Source: Anaerolineales bacterium
GTDB taxonomy: Bacteria > Chloroflexota > Anaerolineae > Anaerolineales > E44-bin32
Direction of reading: 5' to 3'
Length of the DNA: 64,000 nucleotides
NCBI GenBank assembly: GCA_035471625.1
Contig: DATIPT010000167.1
Location: forward strand, 2,708-66,707
The notes beneath the pieces were generated by a model, which saw only the letters and a program-made list of their open reading frames with translations, made no database searches and had not been told where the DNA came from. Both the position numbers and the translations under genes were made by a program. This document shows positions 37,715 through 46,311 of the stretch, piece by piece. Position 1 is the first letter of the stretch. Every line of letters starts with the position of its first letter.

Positions 37715-38746
37715 ATGGCGATCACGGAATTCCGCGAGAAGATTGACCGGGCACCGCTCGACGCAGCGATGCTGGCGCTGTTGCCGCGGCGTATCAGCGA
37801 TCTCGAGCTGCGGATCGCCGGGACGCGCCTGGAAAGCCTGGTGGCCCAGTTGTACACCGATCTGGAGGCCGGCGGCCTCGTGTTCCGGCCGAAGTGCTAT
37901 CTGGCCGACGAGTGGGGCTGTCCCACCGGCGTACCGGTGATCGGGATCCCTTTCTACCTCGCCGACCCACAGCTCTCGCGCATCGAAGGGGAGCTCACCG
38001 GGATCGAAGCCGAGAGCGATGCCGAGATCCTGATGTATCTCCGCCACGAAGCCGGGCACGCCTTCAGCTACGCCTATCGGTTGTACCTGGAGCCCGACTG
38101 GACTCGCACCTTCGGTTCGTTCCGCCGGCCGTATCCGGAGGAGTACCGCCCCGATCCCTTCAGCGATCGGTTCGTCCGGCACATCCCCGGATGGTATGCC
38201 CAGCGCCATCCGGACGAGGATTTTGCCGAGACCTTCGCCGTGTGGCTGACCCCGGGGCTCGATTGGCGCGCGCAGTACGGCGGAACCCCGGCGATGGAGA
38301 AGCTGCTCTACATCGATCGGGTGACTCGGCTGTATGGGAATCAGCCGCCTCAGGTCACCGATGACTACCTCGATGAGCCCGTCGAGCGCCTGCGGGCGAC
38401 GCTCGCCGAGTGGTACAGCCACTTGGATCAACGCGGCCGCCGTTCTCTTGGACTGCCGCGCCTGATCGACACCGACTTGCGCCGCGTCTTCCCGGCGGGC
38501 AAGGGCATGTCGGCTGAGTCATTCATGCTGGCGTACCGCGGGCGCGTGATCTATGAGGTAAACTACTGGACGGGTATGGATCTTGATCGATTGGGCGAGC
38601 TCGTTGACGAGATCATCGAACGAATCCGCGCCCTTGGGCTGCGTGTGGCGCCGGGGCAGGAGTCGACGACGCTCATCGGGATCGTCGCCTTGCTGACGAC
38701 TCTGGTGATGAACTACCACTACACCAACCAGTTCGCCCGGCGCTGA
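37715..38746 (+). CDS. Putative zinc-binding metallopeptidase (Peptidase_Mx-like).
   Basis: HEAGH zinc motif (LRHEAGHAFSY) plus downstream HPDEDFAETFA. Start at MAITEF ATG 37715; the upstream part of the track ORF overlaps the alaS promoter region. Confidence 0.7.
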   Translation: MAITEFREKIDRAPLDAAMLALLPRRISDLELRIAGTRLESLVAQLYTDLEAGGLVFRPKCYLADEWGCPTGVPVIGIPFYLADPQLSRIEGELTGIEAESDAEILMYLRHEAGHAFSYAYRLYLEPDWTRTFGSFRRPYPEEYRPDPFSDRFVRHIPGWYAQRHPDEDFAETFAVWLTPGLDWRAQYGGTPAMEKLLYIDRVTRLYGNQPPQVTDDYLDEPVERLRATLAEWYSHLDQRGRRSLGLPRLIDTDLRRVFPAGKGMSAESFMLAYRGRVIYEVNYWTGMDLDRLGELVDEIIERIRALGLRVAPGQESTTLIGIVALLTTLVMNYHYTNQFARR

Positions 38747-38771
38747 GGCGCCCGGCGGAAAGGAGGTCGCC

Positions 38772-39881
38772 ATGCGAATCTCGGTGCTCTACTGGGAGTG
38801 GAAAGAGAACGACCAGACGAAGCACGACGAGGTCGTCGATCAAGTCCTCGCCGGCCTGATCGAGAGCGGCCACGAGGCGACCCTGCTCGGCGTCACGAAC
38901 GACTTGAAGTATCTCGTCGATGCGATCGAGGAGCAGAAGCCGGACCTGGTGTTCAATCTGGTCGAAACCTTCGCCGACGACGATGCCTTTGAAATGAACA
39001 TCGCCGCCGTGCTCCAGATCTTGGGCGTGCGCTTCACCGGCAGCGCGCCGCGGGTGATGGCGGTGCGGCAAGACAAGGCCCTGACCAAGAAGATCCTGGC
39101 CTTCCACGACGTCCGCTGTCCCCAATTCGCAACGTTCGACCACGACAACCTCGAGTTCGCCGGCAAGATGCGATTTCCGATGCTGGTCAAGCCGCAGCAC
39201 GGAGATGCCTCGGCGGGTGTTGGCGATTCATCGCTTGTCTCCGATCTGCGGAGCCTGGTCGAACGGGTTGCCTACATCCATTCCGATCTGCACGACGCCG
39301 CGATCGTCGAGGAGTACATCGAGGGACGTGAGTTCTATGTTTGCGTCCTAGGGAATGATCCGCCGGAGGTCCTGCCCCTGATCGAGATGGACTTCTCGGA
39401 TCTGCCCGAGGGCTATCCGCACATCTATGGGCGGGAAGCCAAGTTCGATGAGAAGAGCGTCCAGTACTCCGGGACGAACGCCATCATCGCCACCGACCTA
39501 CCGCCGGAGCTTCGCAATCGGATCGAGATGACCGGCCTTGCGGCGGCCCAGGCAATGGAGGTGTCGGACTACGCCCGGATTGACATCCGCGTGGCGCTCG
39601 ATGGGACCCCGTATGTCGTCGAGGTCAACGCCAACCCCTACCTCGAATCGACCGGTGCGGTCTCCCTGGCGGCGCTGCAAGCCGGCTACTCGCACCGCGC
39701 CCTGGTCAATCAGATCGCTGAAATCGCCTGGGAGCGCTATGAGACGGGCGGTCCGGAGCGTCGCAAGGAGAAGGCCGTCGTCCCGATCCCGGCCGCACCC
39801 GGCCCCAACGGACAGGACGGGGAAGATGACGAGCCCGAGGCGGAGTCGCAGGCCGACGAGCTCGAGTCCGAGCCCATCTGA
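38772..39881 (+). CDS. ATP-grasp ligase (D-alanine--D-alanine-ligase / RimK-like) with an acidic C-terminal tail.
   Basis: Pre-ATP-grasp and ATP-grasp layout (QDKALTKKIL, FPMLVKPQHGDAS.GV, VEEYIEGREF, IEVNANPYL). The tail is GQDGEDDEPEAESQADELESEPI. Confidence 0.8.
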   Translation: MRISVLYWEWKENDQTKHDEVVDQVLAGLIESGHEATLLGVTNDLKYLVDAIEEQKPDLVFNLVETFADDDAFEMNIAAVLQILGVRFTGSAPRVMAVRQDKALTKKILAFHDVRCPQFATFDHDNLEFAGKMRFPMLVKPQHGDASAGVGDSSLVSDLRSLVERVAYIHSDLHDAAIVEEYIEGREFYVCVLGNDPPEVLPLIEMDFSDLPEGYPHIYGREAKFDEKSVQYSGTNAIIATDLPPELRNRIEMTGLAAAQAMEVSDYARIDIRVALDGTPYVVEVNANPYLESTGAVSLAALQAGYSHRALVNQIAEIAWERYETGGPERRKEKAVVPIPAAPGPNGQDGEDDEPEAESQADELESEPI

Positions 39882-39966
39882 TCCGGCCGTAGGCGCGTTC
39901 CTGTCGCTCGTGGAGCACCTGCGGCATCACCGCGATGCCGAACCCTGAGGCCGATACGACCCCGCG

Positions 39967-41205
39967 ATGAGACCCCAATCCGTCGATGAGCAGACGGCCC
40001 TGTTGATGCAGGGGACCGAGTACGGCGACGAGACGCTCAAACAGAGCATGACGCAGGAATTGCGTCAGCGTCTGGTCGAGTCGCGGGAGACCGGGCGTCC
40101 GCTGCGCGTCTACTGCGGCTACGACCCGACCAAGCCGGACCTGCATCTGGGGCACACGATCACGATGCGCAAGCTGCGCCAGTTCCAGGAGTTCGGCCAC
40201 GACGTCACCTTTCTGATCGGCGACTACACGACACTCGTGGGCGATCCGTCCGACAAGGACAAGCTGCGCCCGCGGCTCTCGTCGGACGAGATCCGGGCCA
40301 ACGCCGCCACCTATGCCGAGCAGGCCTTCCGCATCCTGGACCGGGAGAAGACGCGCATCCGGTACAACTCGGAATGGCTGAGCACGCTGTCGTTCGCCGA
40401 AGTGATCCGGCTGTCGGCGAACTTCACCGTGCAGCAATTCCTGGCGCGCGAGCGATTCGCTCTGCGGGTCGAGCAGGGCGAGCCCGTCTATCTGCATGAG
40501 ACGCTGTACGGCGTGATGCAGGGGTACGACGCCGTCGCCCAGGAAGCCGACGTCCAGGTCGGTGGCAGCGAGCAGCTGTTCAACATCATCGTCGCCGGTC
40601 GCAAGCTCCAGGAGGTCTTCGGCCAGCGCCCGCAGGTCGGAGTGCTCCTGGGGATCCTTCCCGGCACGGACGGCGTCCTCCGCATGTCCAAGAGCACCGG
40701 CAACACGATCGAGATCATGAGCACGGCGGAGGACATGTACGGAAAGGTCATGAGCCTTCCCGACGCGGCGATGCCGATCTACTTCCGGCTCGTGACTCGC
40801 TTCGCCCCGGGCGAGATCGAAGACCTCGAGGGCCGGGTCCAAAGCGGAGCGGTTCACCCGCGCGATGCCAAGATGCGCCTGGCGCGCGAGATCGTCGATA
40901 TCTACTATGGCGGAGACGAGGCGGCCAGGGCTGAGGATTCGTTCCGGAGAGTCTTCCAGGAAGGCCGAGCGCCGGAGTCGATCGATGAGCTAGTCGTGCC
41001 CCTCGGTTCCAGCGTCGCAGCCGTTCTCGAGACGGCTGGATGGGTAGCCAGTCGAAGCGAAGCGCGCCGCCTGATCGATCAAGGAGGCGTCACCCTCGAC
41101 GGCCAACCGGTCTCATCGTCGAGCGACATCGTGGACCTGACGAGGCCGCGGTTGTTGCGCCTGGGAAAGCGACGCCACGCCAGGCTTGTGGCGAAAGACG
41201 GGTGA
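39967..41205 (+). CDS. tyrS: Tyrosine--tRNA ligase with a C-terminal S4-like domain.
   Basis: HLGH (PDLHLGHTI) and KMSKS-type (RMSKSTGN) class I motifs. The C-terminal SRSEARRLIDQGGVTLDG is S4-like. Confidence 0.92.
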   Translation: MRPQSVDEQTALLMQGTEYGDETLKQSMTQELRQRLVESRETGRPLRVYCGYDPTKPDLHLGHTITMRKLRQFQEFGHDVTFLIGDYTTLVGDPSDKDKLRPRLSSDEIRANAATYAEQAFRILDREKTRIRYNSEWLSTLSFAEVIRLSANFTVQQFLARERFALRVEQGEPVYLHETLYGVMQGYDAVAQEADVQVGGSEQLFNIIVAGRKLQEVFGQRPQVGVLLGILPGTDGVLRMSKSTGNTIEIMSTAEDMYGKVMSLPDAAMPIYFRLVTRFAPGEIEDLEGRVQSGAVHPRDAKMRLAREIVDIYYGGDEAARAEDSFRRVFQEGRAPESIDELVVPLGSSVAAVLETAGWVASRSEARRLIDQGGVTLDGQPVSSSSDIVDLTRPRLLRLGKRRHARLVAKDG

Positions 41206-41211
41206 GGCGCC

Positions 41212-42681
41212 TCAACCTTTGACGACCGCCACTGGCCGCAGCCGGGCGACCTTGGCGGCGATCCCGGCACCGGCGACCACCTCGACCACGGCGTCGACAT
41301 CTTTGTAGGCCCGCGGCGCTTCTTCGGCCAAGCCCGGCAGGCTCCCGGCGCGCACCCGCACCCCTTGATCTTCCAACTCCTGCCGCAACCGATCACCGCG
41401 GATGGATCGCTTCGCCTGATGGCGGCTCATCCGTCGCCCGGCGCCATGGCAGGTGGATCCGAAGGCCAGGGCCATCGATCCTTCGGTCCCTAGCAGGACC
41501 CAGGAGGCTGTTCCCATGCTCCCGGGGACCAGCACCGGCTGACCGAGACGCCGATAGCGAGGCGGCAGGCCCTCGAATCCTGGTCCAAAGGCCCGGGTGG
41601 CTCCCTTGCGATGGACGCATACCCGGACCGTATCCGACTCGATCTTGTGTTCCTCGATCTTCCCCATGTTGTGGGCGATGTCGTAGACCTGCGTCAGGCC
41701 GGTGTCCCGCACGCGCCCTCGGAAGACCTCGTCAAACGCCGTTCGGGCATGATCGGCCAGGATCTGGCGGTTGGCGAAGGCGTAGTTGGCGGCGCACGCC
41801 ATGGCCGCGAAGTAGGACTTTCCCTCCGGCGAATCGAGAGGGGCACAGACAAGCTCTCGGTCGGGGATCTGGATCCCATACCGAGCGATCGCCGGCTGGA
41901 ACTCCCGAACGTAGTCGGAGCACACCTGGTGTCCGAAGCCGCGCGATCCGCAGTGGATCTGCACGACGAGGTTCCCGACCTCCAGCCCCATGGCGGTAGC
42001 GGCTTCGTCATGAAAGACCTGGTCGACCACGTCGACTTCGACGAAGTGATTGCCGGCGCCGAGGGTGCCCAGCTGGGGCCGTCCGCGTTCGCGCGCCCGC
42101 GGGCTGATCGCGCTGGGCTCGGCTCCAGAGATCGTTCCTTCTTCTTCGGTCGCCTCCAGGTCGCCGGCCTGTGCGAAGCCTTTTTGCTCCGCCCACCGGG
42201 CGCCTTCCCGGCAGACCTTGTCGAGGTCCTTGCTGCTCAGGGGGACGCTGCCCTTGACACCGACGCCGCTCGGGCAATGCGCGTACAGTGCGCTCGCCAG
42301 CTCGGGGATCCGCGGCTCGGCTTCGCCGTAGGCGATCCGGCTCGCCAGCAGTCGAACGCCGCAATTGATGTCGTAGCCGATCGCCCCCGGGGAAATCACG
42401 CCGTCCGGCAGGCGGGTGGCGGCTACGCCGCCGATCGGGAATCCGTATCCCTGATGGACGTCGGGCATTACGGTCACGTGACTTACCAGGCCGGGGAGGG
42501 TGGCAGCGTTGACCGCCTGGCCAAGCGAGGCGTCTCCCAGCGCGTCCTCCACCAGGGCCTCATCGGCGAACAGCCGAACGGGGACGCGCATGTCGGAGCG
42601 GAAGCTCACCGGGATCTCCCACATCAAGGGAGATTGCCGGACCAGGTCTTGCTTCTGAGGGCGGGGCGTCTTGAGGGTCAC
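41212..42681 (-). CDS. rtcB: RNA-splicing ligase RtcB.
   Basis: [42 protein letters not shown] and HGAGR motifs. Confidence 0.95.
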   Translation of the reverse strand: MTLKTPRPQKQDLVRQSPLMWEIPVSFRSDMRVPVRLFADEALVEDALGDASLGQAVNAATLPGLVSHVTVMPDVHQGYGFPIGGVAATRLPDGVISPGAIGYDINCGVRLLASRIAYGEAEPRIPELASALYAHCPSGVGVKGSVPLSSKDLDKVCREGARWAEQKGFAQAGDLEATEEEGTISGAEPSAISPRARERGRPQLGTLGAGNHFVEVDVVDQVFHDEAATAMGLEVGNLVVQIHCGSRGFGHQVCSDYVREFQPAIARYGIQIPDRELVCAPLDSPEGKSYFAAMACAANYAFANRQILADHARTAFDEVFRGRVRDTGLTQVYDIAHNMGKIEEHKIESDTVRVCVHRKGATRAFGPGFEGLPPRYRRLGQPVLVPGSMGTASWVLLGTEGSMALAFGSTCHGAGRRMSRHQAKRSIRGDRLRQELEDQGVRVRAGSLPGLAEEAPRAYKDVDAVVEVVAGAGIAAKVARLRPVAVVKG

Positions 42682-42687
42682 GGATTC

Positions 42688-43098
42688 CTAGACATCAAAC
42701 ACGATCGTGGTTTCCAGGCCCTCGGTGTCTTCCCGGACGACAAGCTCATGAAACGTGACCGCCTTGATCGGCTTCTCGATCCCGGCCAAAGGAACCTCTT
42801 CCCAGGTCGCCGAAAGCGAGAGCGGCGGGGAGACTTCGACTTCGATCCGAACCGGGATCCGGGATCGGCCTTCGAGCGCGAACAGGACTTCCTCCAGCCA
42901 TTGGACCAGCAGGGTCTCCCGGTCGGCGGCTTCCAGCCGGACCGACCGTTCCGACGACGGACCGTCGCTGCTGCGGGCTCCGCAGGCCGCGAGCATCGCC
43001 GAAGCAGCAACCTGGCACAGTTCACCCATCGTCGCCCCGCGAACCCGCAGGGCCCAGTCCGCAGTGTGCTCGACCTCCTCGTACCGGACACCGCCCAC
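42688..43098 (-). CDS. Archease (RtcB activator).
   Basis: YEEVEHTADWALRVRG N-terminus and C-terminal KAVTFHEL. Lies 6 nt upstream of rtcB. GTG start. Confidence 0.9.
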   Translation of the reverse strand: MGGVRYEEVEHTADWALRVRGATMGELCQVAASAMLAACGARSSDGPSSERSVRLEAADRETLLVQWLEEVLFALEGRSRIPVRIEVEVSPPLSLSATWEEVPLAGIEKPIKAVTFHELVVREDTEGLETTIVFDV

Positions 43099-43153
43099 AG
43101 ATCGAGTATATGCCGGAAGTTGCCTGTAATGCCGGTCAACCGGGGCCCCCGGT

Positions 43154-43159
43154 TATAAT
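43154..43159 (+). promoter_or_regulatory. Consensus -10 hexamer TATAAT only 9 nt upstream of the FhaA-like start codon. Possible leaderless transcript.
   Basis: ggtTATAATgagcaacctATG read directly. No convincing -35 element. Confidence 0.3.
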
Positions 43160-43168
43160 GAGCAACCT

Positions 43169-44032
43169 ATGGATCCGGATTCCGGCCTGCTTCTGCGGCG
43201 ATTGCAGGAAGGATTGGCCACGCCCCTTGGCACCCTGACCGGGGAGCCCCCGATCTGGGATGTCGTCGGCTTGGAACTGTCTCGGGAAGCGCTCCAGGCT
43301 GTGCGCCAGGACGCTCGAGGTCGGGCGTACGCCCCTGATCAGTTCACCATCAGTTTCAACACGGTCGACGCCAGGACCTTGGCGGCCGCCAACTCCGAGA
43401 TCCAGGACCAGTTGGCGCGCGCGATCCACACGGCTTTCTCCGAATGTGGCTTCACCTTGGCGCGGTATCCGCATATCACCCTCTCGGCCGATCCGACGTT
43501 GCCGATCGGCGGAACCCGGGTGATCGTCTGGCACAGCCGCGATCCCCTGAGCGTCGCCTCCGCGTTTGATGCTCCCAACGACGAGCCGCCGGATCCGCCT
43601 GCGGTGGGCGCCTTCCTCATCGTCGACGGGAAACGCCACTTCCGACTCGACCGGTCGCTGATCAACATCGGACGCAAGCTGGACAACCACCTGGTCCTGG
43701 CCGACCCGCACGTCTCCCGCCGTCATGCCGAAATCCGACTTCAGGGTGTGCGCTACATGCTGCGGGACCTGAACTCCACGGCCGGAACGCGCGTGAACGG
43801 TCAGCTAGTCGCTGAGCACCTCCTGCAACCCGGGGACGTGATCGGCATTTCCGGGATCACCTTGATCTACAATGAAGATCCCGGCGGTCCTCCGGGGGCG
43901 GCGACCCGCTACACGCCGCCATCGATGGGCCGCAAGGACCCGAATCAAGTAACGCCTCTGGACCTTCGTCGAAGCGATTTCGAGAAGACTCGCCCCACGG
44001 ACGACCGATCGTCAGGCGGGAAGGACTCCTAG
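43169..44032 (+). CDS. FhaA-like protein (DUF3662 N-domain plus C-terminal FHA domain), copy 1.
   Basis: YAPDQFTISFN..D N-domain. FHA core INIGRKLDNHLVLADPHVSRRHAEI...LRDLNSTAGTRVNG. Confidence 0.85.
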   Translation: MDPDSGLLLRRLQEGLATPLGTLTGEPPIWDVVGLELSREALQAVRQDARGRAYAPDQFTISFNTVDARTLAAANSEIQDQLARAIHTAFSECGFTLARYPHITLSADPTLPIGGTRVIVWHSRDPLSVASAFDAPNDEPPDPPAVGAFLIVDGKRHFRLDRSLINIGRKLDNHLVLADPHVSRRHAEIRLQGVRYMLRDLNSTAGTRVNGQLVAEHLLQPGDVIGISGITLIYNEDPGGPPGAATRYTPPSMGRKDPNQVTPLDLRRSDFEKTRPTDDRSSGGKDS

Positions 44033-44083
44033 CGACGCGCAGCCGTGGATCCGATGACGGCGTGACCTCGACCTGACCCACCG

Positions 44084-44905
44084 ATGAAAGAACGACTGCA
44101 AGAGGCCGAGCGCAAGTTGCAGGGGTTGATTGAGGGATCGCTCTCGCGCCTCGCCGGTGGAAAGATTTCCCCGGCGGTTGTCGCCAGCCAACTGGCCGCT
44201 GGGATGACCGACGGCCTGACGTGGGATCCGGCAGGCAAAGCCTACGCGCCCGATCAGTTCGCCATCACGATGCATCCCAAGGATGTTGAAGTGGTGATCG
44301 CCCAGGCGCCGGATCTGCGCGCTGAGTTGGCTCGCGCCCTGTTGGACACGGCCCGGGAGAGCGGCTACGTCATGGCCACCGAACCCAACGTTACCCTGGC
44401 GGCAGACCCGACGCTCAAGCCATGGGATGTGCGGGTCGTCGCCTGGCACAGCGGCAACCACTTGGAGTTCACCCAGGCTGGGAATGGAATCGAGATCCCG
44501 ACCGGCGACCGCCTGCCGCGCGGCGCCTACCTGATCCTTCGGGGGAAGCGGCACTTCCCCCTCGACCGTCCGCTGATCAATGTCGGGCGCCGACTCGACA
44601 ACCAGCTGATTCTGGACGACCCGCATGTCTCCCGGACCCATGCCCAGATCCGGGTGCGGGAGGGTCGTTTCGTCGTCTTTGACCTCGGATCGACAGGCGG
44701 GACGATCATCAACGGCCACCGGATCCACCAACACGTGCTGCGCCCCGGAGATGTGATCACCATTGCCGGGGTCTCGATGGTCTACGGCGAAGACCCCGGC
44801 GGACCTCCGGACGCCACGCCGGCGTACAGCCCGCCATTCCCACCCAAACCCGCCGGTGACCAGTCGACCCGGACCTGGGACAAGCGCGAGAAAAACCAGG
44901 AATGA
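44084..44905 (+). CDS. FhaA-like protein (DUF3662 plus FHA), copy 2 (tandem paralog).
   Basis: Same layout as copy 1: YAPDQFAITMHPKD and INVGRRLDNQLILDDPHVSRTHAQI...FDLGSTGGTIING. Confidence 0.85.
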   Translation: MKERLQEAERKLQGLIEGSLSRLAGGKISPAVVASQLAAGMTDGLTWDPAGKAYAPDQFAITMHPKDVEVVIAQAPDLRAELARALLDTARESGYVMATEPNVTLAADPTLKPWDVRVVAWHSGNHLEFTQAGNGIEIPTGDRLPRGAYLILRGKRHFPLDRPLINVGRRLDNQLILDDPHVSRTHAQIRVREGRFVVFDLGSTGGTIINGHRIHQHVLRPGDVITIAGVSMVYGEDPGGPPDATPAYSPPFPPKPAGDQSTRTWDKREKNQE

Positions 44906-45375
44906 CCCCGACGCTGGCCCAACAGGCGCTGCAGATCCTATTCGCGGTCGCCCTGTACGCGTTCCTGGCCGCGCTCTTGGTCTTCCTGTGGCGAGACGAG
45001 CGCCGCGCGGCTGTTGGGGCGATGGGACCTCCACCGGCCCACTTGCTCAGGCTCGACGGGGAGAAGCCAGTCGGCTTCAAGCTCAGCGCCTCCTCTCTTG
45101 TCGGGCGCGCCGCCGACAACGCCATCCGCCTTGACGACCCTCTGGTATCCGCCTACCACGCGCGCCTTTCCTTTGTCGGCGGGCAATGGATCGTTGAAGA
45201 CCTGGGATCCCGGAATGGGACCCAGATCAACGATCTCCCGGTCGAAGGTCCCGTCGTCCTTGCGACCGGGGACATCCTCCGTATCGGCGGGATCGAGCTG
45301 CGCTTCTCGTCCACTGAGCCACCCTCAGAGCCTGGTGGCGACGCGCACCTCGGCCCGGCGGCACAGCCGGACTGA
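44902..45375 (+). CDS. FhaB-like membrane-anchored FHA-domain protein.
   Basis: N-terminal TM (ILFAVALYAFLAALLVFLW) plus FHA core LVGRAADNAIRLDDPLVSAYHARL...DLGSRNGTQIN. ATGA overlap with copy 2. Confidence 0.85.
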   Translation: MTPTLAQQALQILFAVALYAFLAALLVFLWRDERRAAVGAMGPPPAHLLRLDGEKPVGFKLSASSLVGRAADNAIRLDDPLVSAYHARLSFVGGQWIVEDLGSRNGTQINDLPVEGPVVLATGDILRIGGIELRFSSTEPPSEPGGDAHLGPAAQPD

Positions 45376-45444
45376 CCGGCGCGGGAGAGTTGCCTTGCCG
45401 CTCGGTTCGGCATCGGTGACGCGCCGGACAAGGAGGAAAAGAAG

Positions 45445-46311
45445 ATGGACGACGTCCCCGTTCTCGGCGTTCTTGGCGGGACAGGTCTCTACGCGATGCC
45501 GGGATTGGAGGAGATCGAGCGCCGCGCCGTCGATACACCCTTTGGGACTCCGTCCGGACCGATCGTCATTGGGCGATTGGGCGGAAAGATCGTCGCCTTC
45601 CTAGCCCGGCACGGGGAGGCCCATAGGCTGACCCCGAGCGAGGTCAACTACCGGGCCAACATCTACGCGCTCAAGTTCATCGGCGTTGAACGCGTCCTGG
45701 CCATCAGCGCCTGCGGATCCCTTCGGGAGGACATCGCACCGGGAGAGATGGCGGTCCCGGACCAGCTCTACGATGGCACCCGGGGTCGGTCGCGGAGCTT
45801 CTTTGGCGACGGCGTCGTCGCCCACCTCAGCGCGCCAGATCCGTTCTGCCCCGACATGCGGGCCTGGACGGCCGCTGGGGTCGAATCGGCCGGGGGGCGC
45901 GTTCACCGCGGCGGCACCTATCTTACGATCGAAGGACCGCGCTTTTCGACCCGCGGCGAGTCGCGCCTGTACCGGGCGTGGAACCTGGACTTGATCGGGA
46001 TGACGACCTCCCCGGAGGCCTTCCTCGCCCGCGAGGCCGAGTTGTGCTACGCCGTTCTGGCCCATGTCACCGACTATGACGTCTGGCGGGTGGCGGAGGA
46101 AGCGGTCACCGTGGATGCCGTCGTTGCGCAACTCGAAGCGAACGCGCGGGTGGCGCAGGCTGCGATCGGCGGCGTTGTGGAGAAGCTGCCGGCACCGCGC
46201 ACGTGCGAATGCAAGGACGCGCTGCGCCATGCCTTGATCACGTCCCCCGGCTCGATCGGGCCGGAGGCTCGCAAGAGGCTGGGTCTGATTGTCGCTCGCT
46301 ATCTCGACTGA
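45445..46311 (+). CDS. mtnP: S-methyl-5'-thioadenosine phosphorylase.
   Basis: GVLGGTGLY...TPFG.PSG....G.L.G..V.FLARHG and MTT.PEA.LARE motifs. AAGGAGG SD upstream. Confidence 0.9.
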   Translation: MDDVPVLGVLGGTGLYAMPGLEEIERRAVDTPFGTPSGPIVIGRLGGKIVAFLARHGEAHRLTPSEVNYRANIYALKFIGVERVLAISACGSLREDIAPGEMAVPDQLYDGTRGRSRSFFGDGVVAHLSAPDPFCPDMRAWTAAGVESAGGRVHRGGTYLTIEGPRFSTRGESRLYRAWNLDLIGMTTSPEAFLAREAELCYAVLAHVTDYDVWRVAEEAVTVDAVVAQLEANARVAQAAIGGVVEKLPAPRTCECKDALRHALITSPGSIGPEARKRLGLIVARYLD

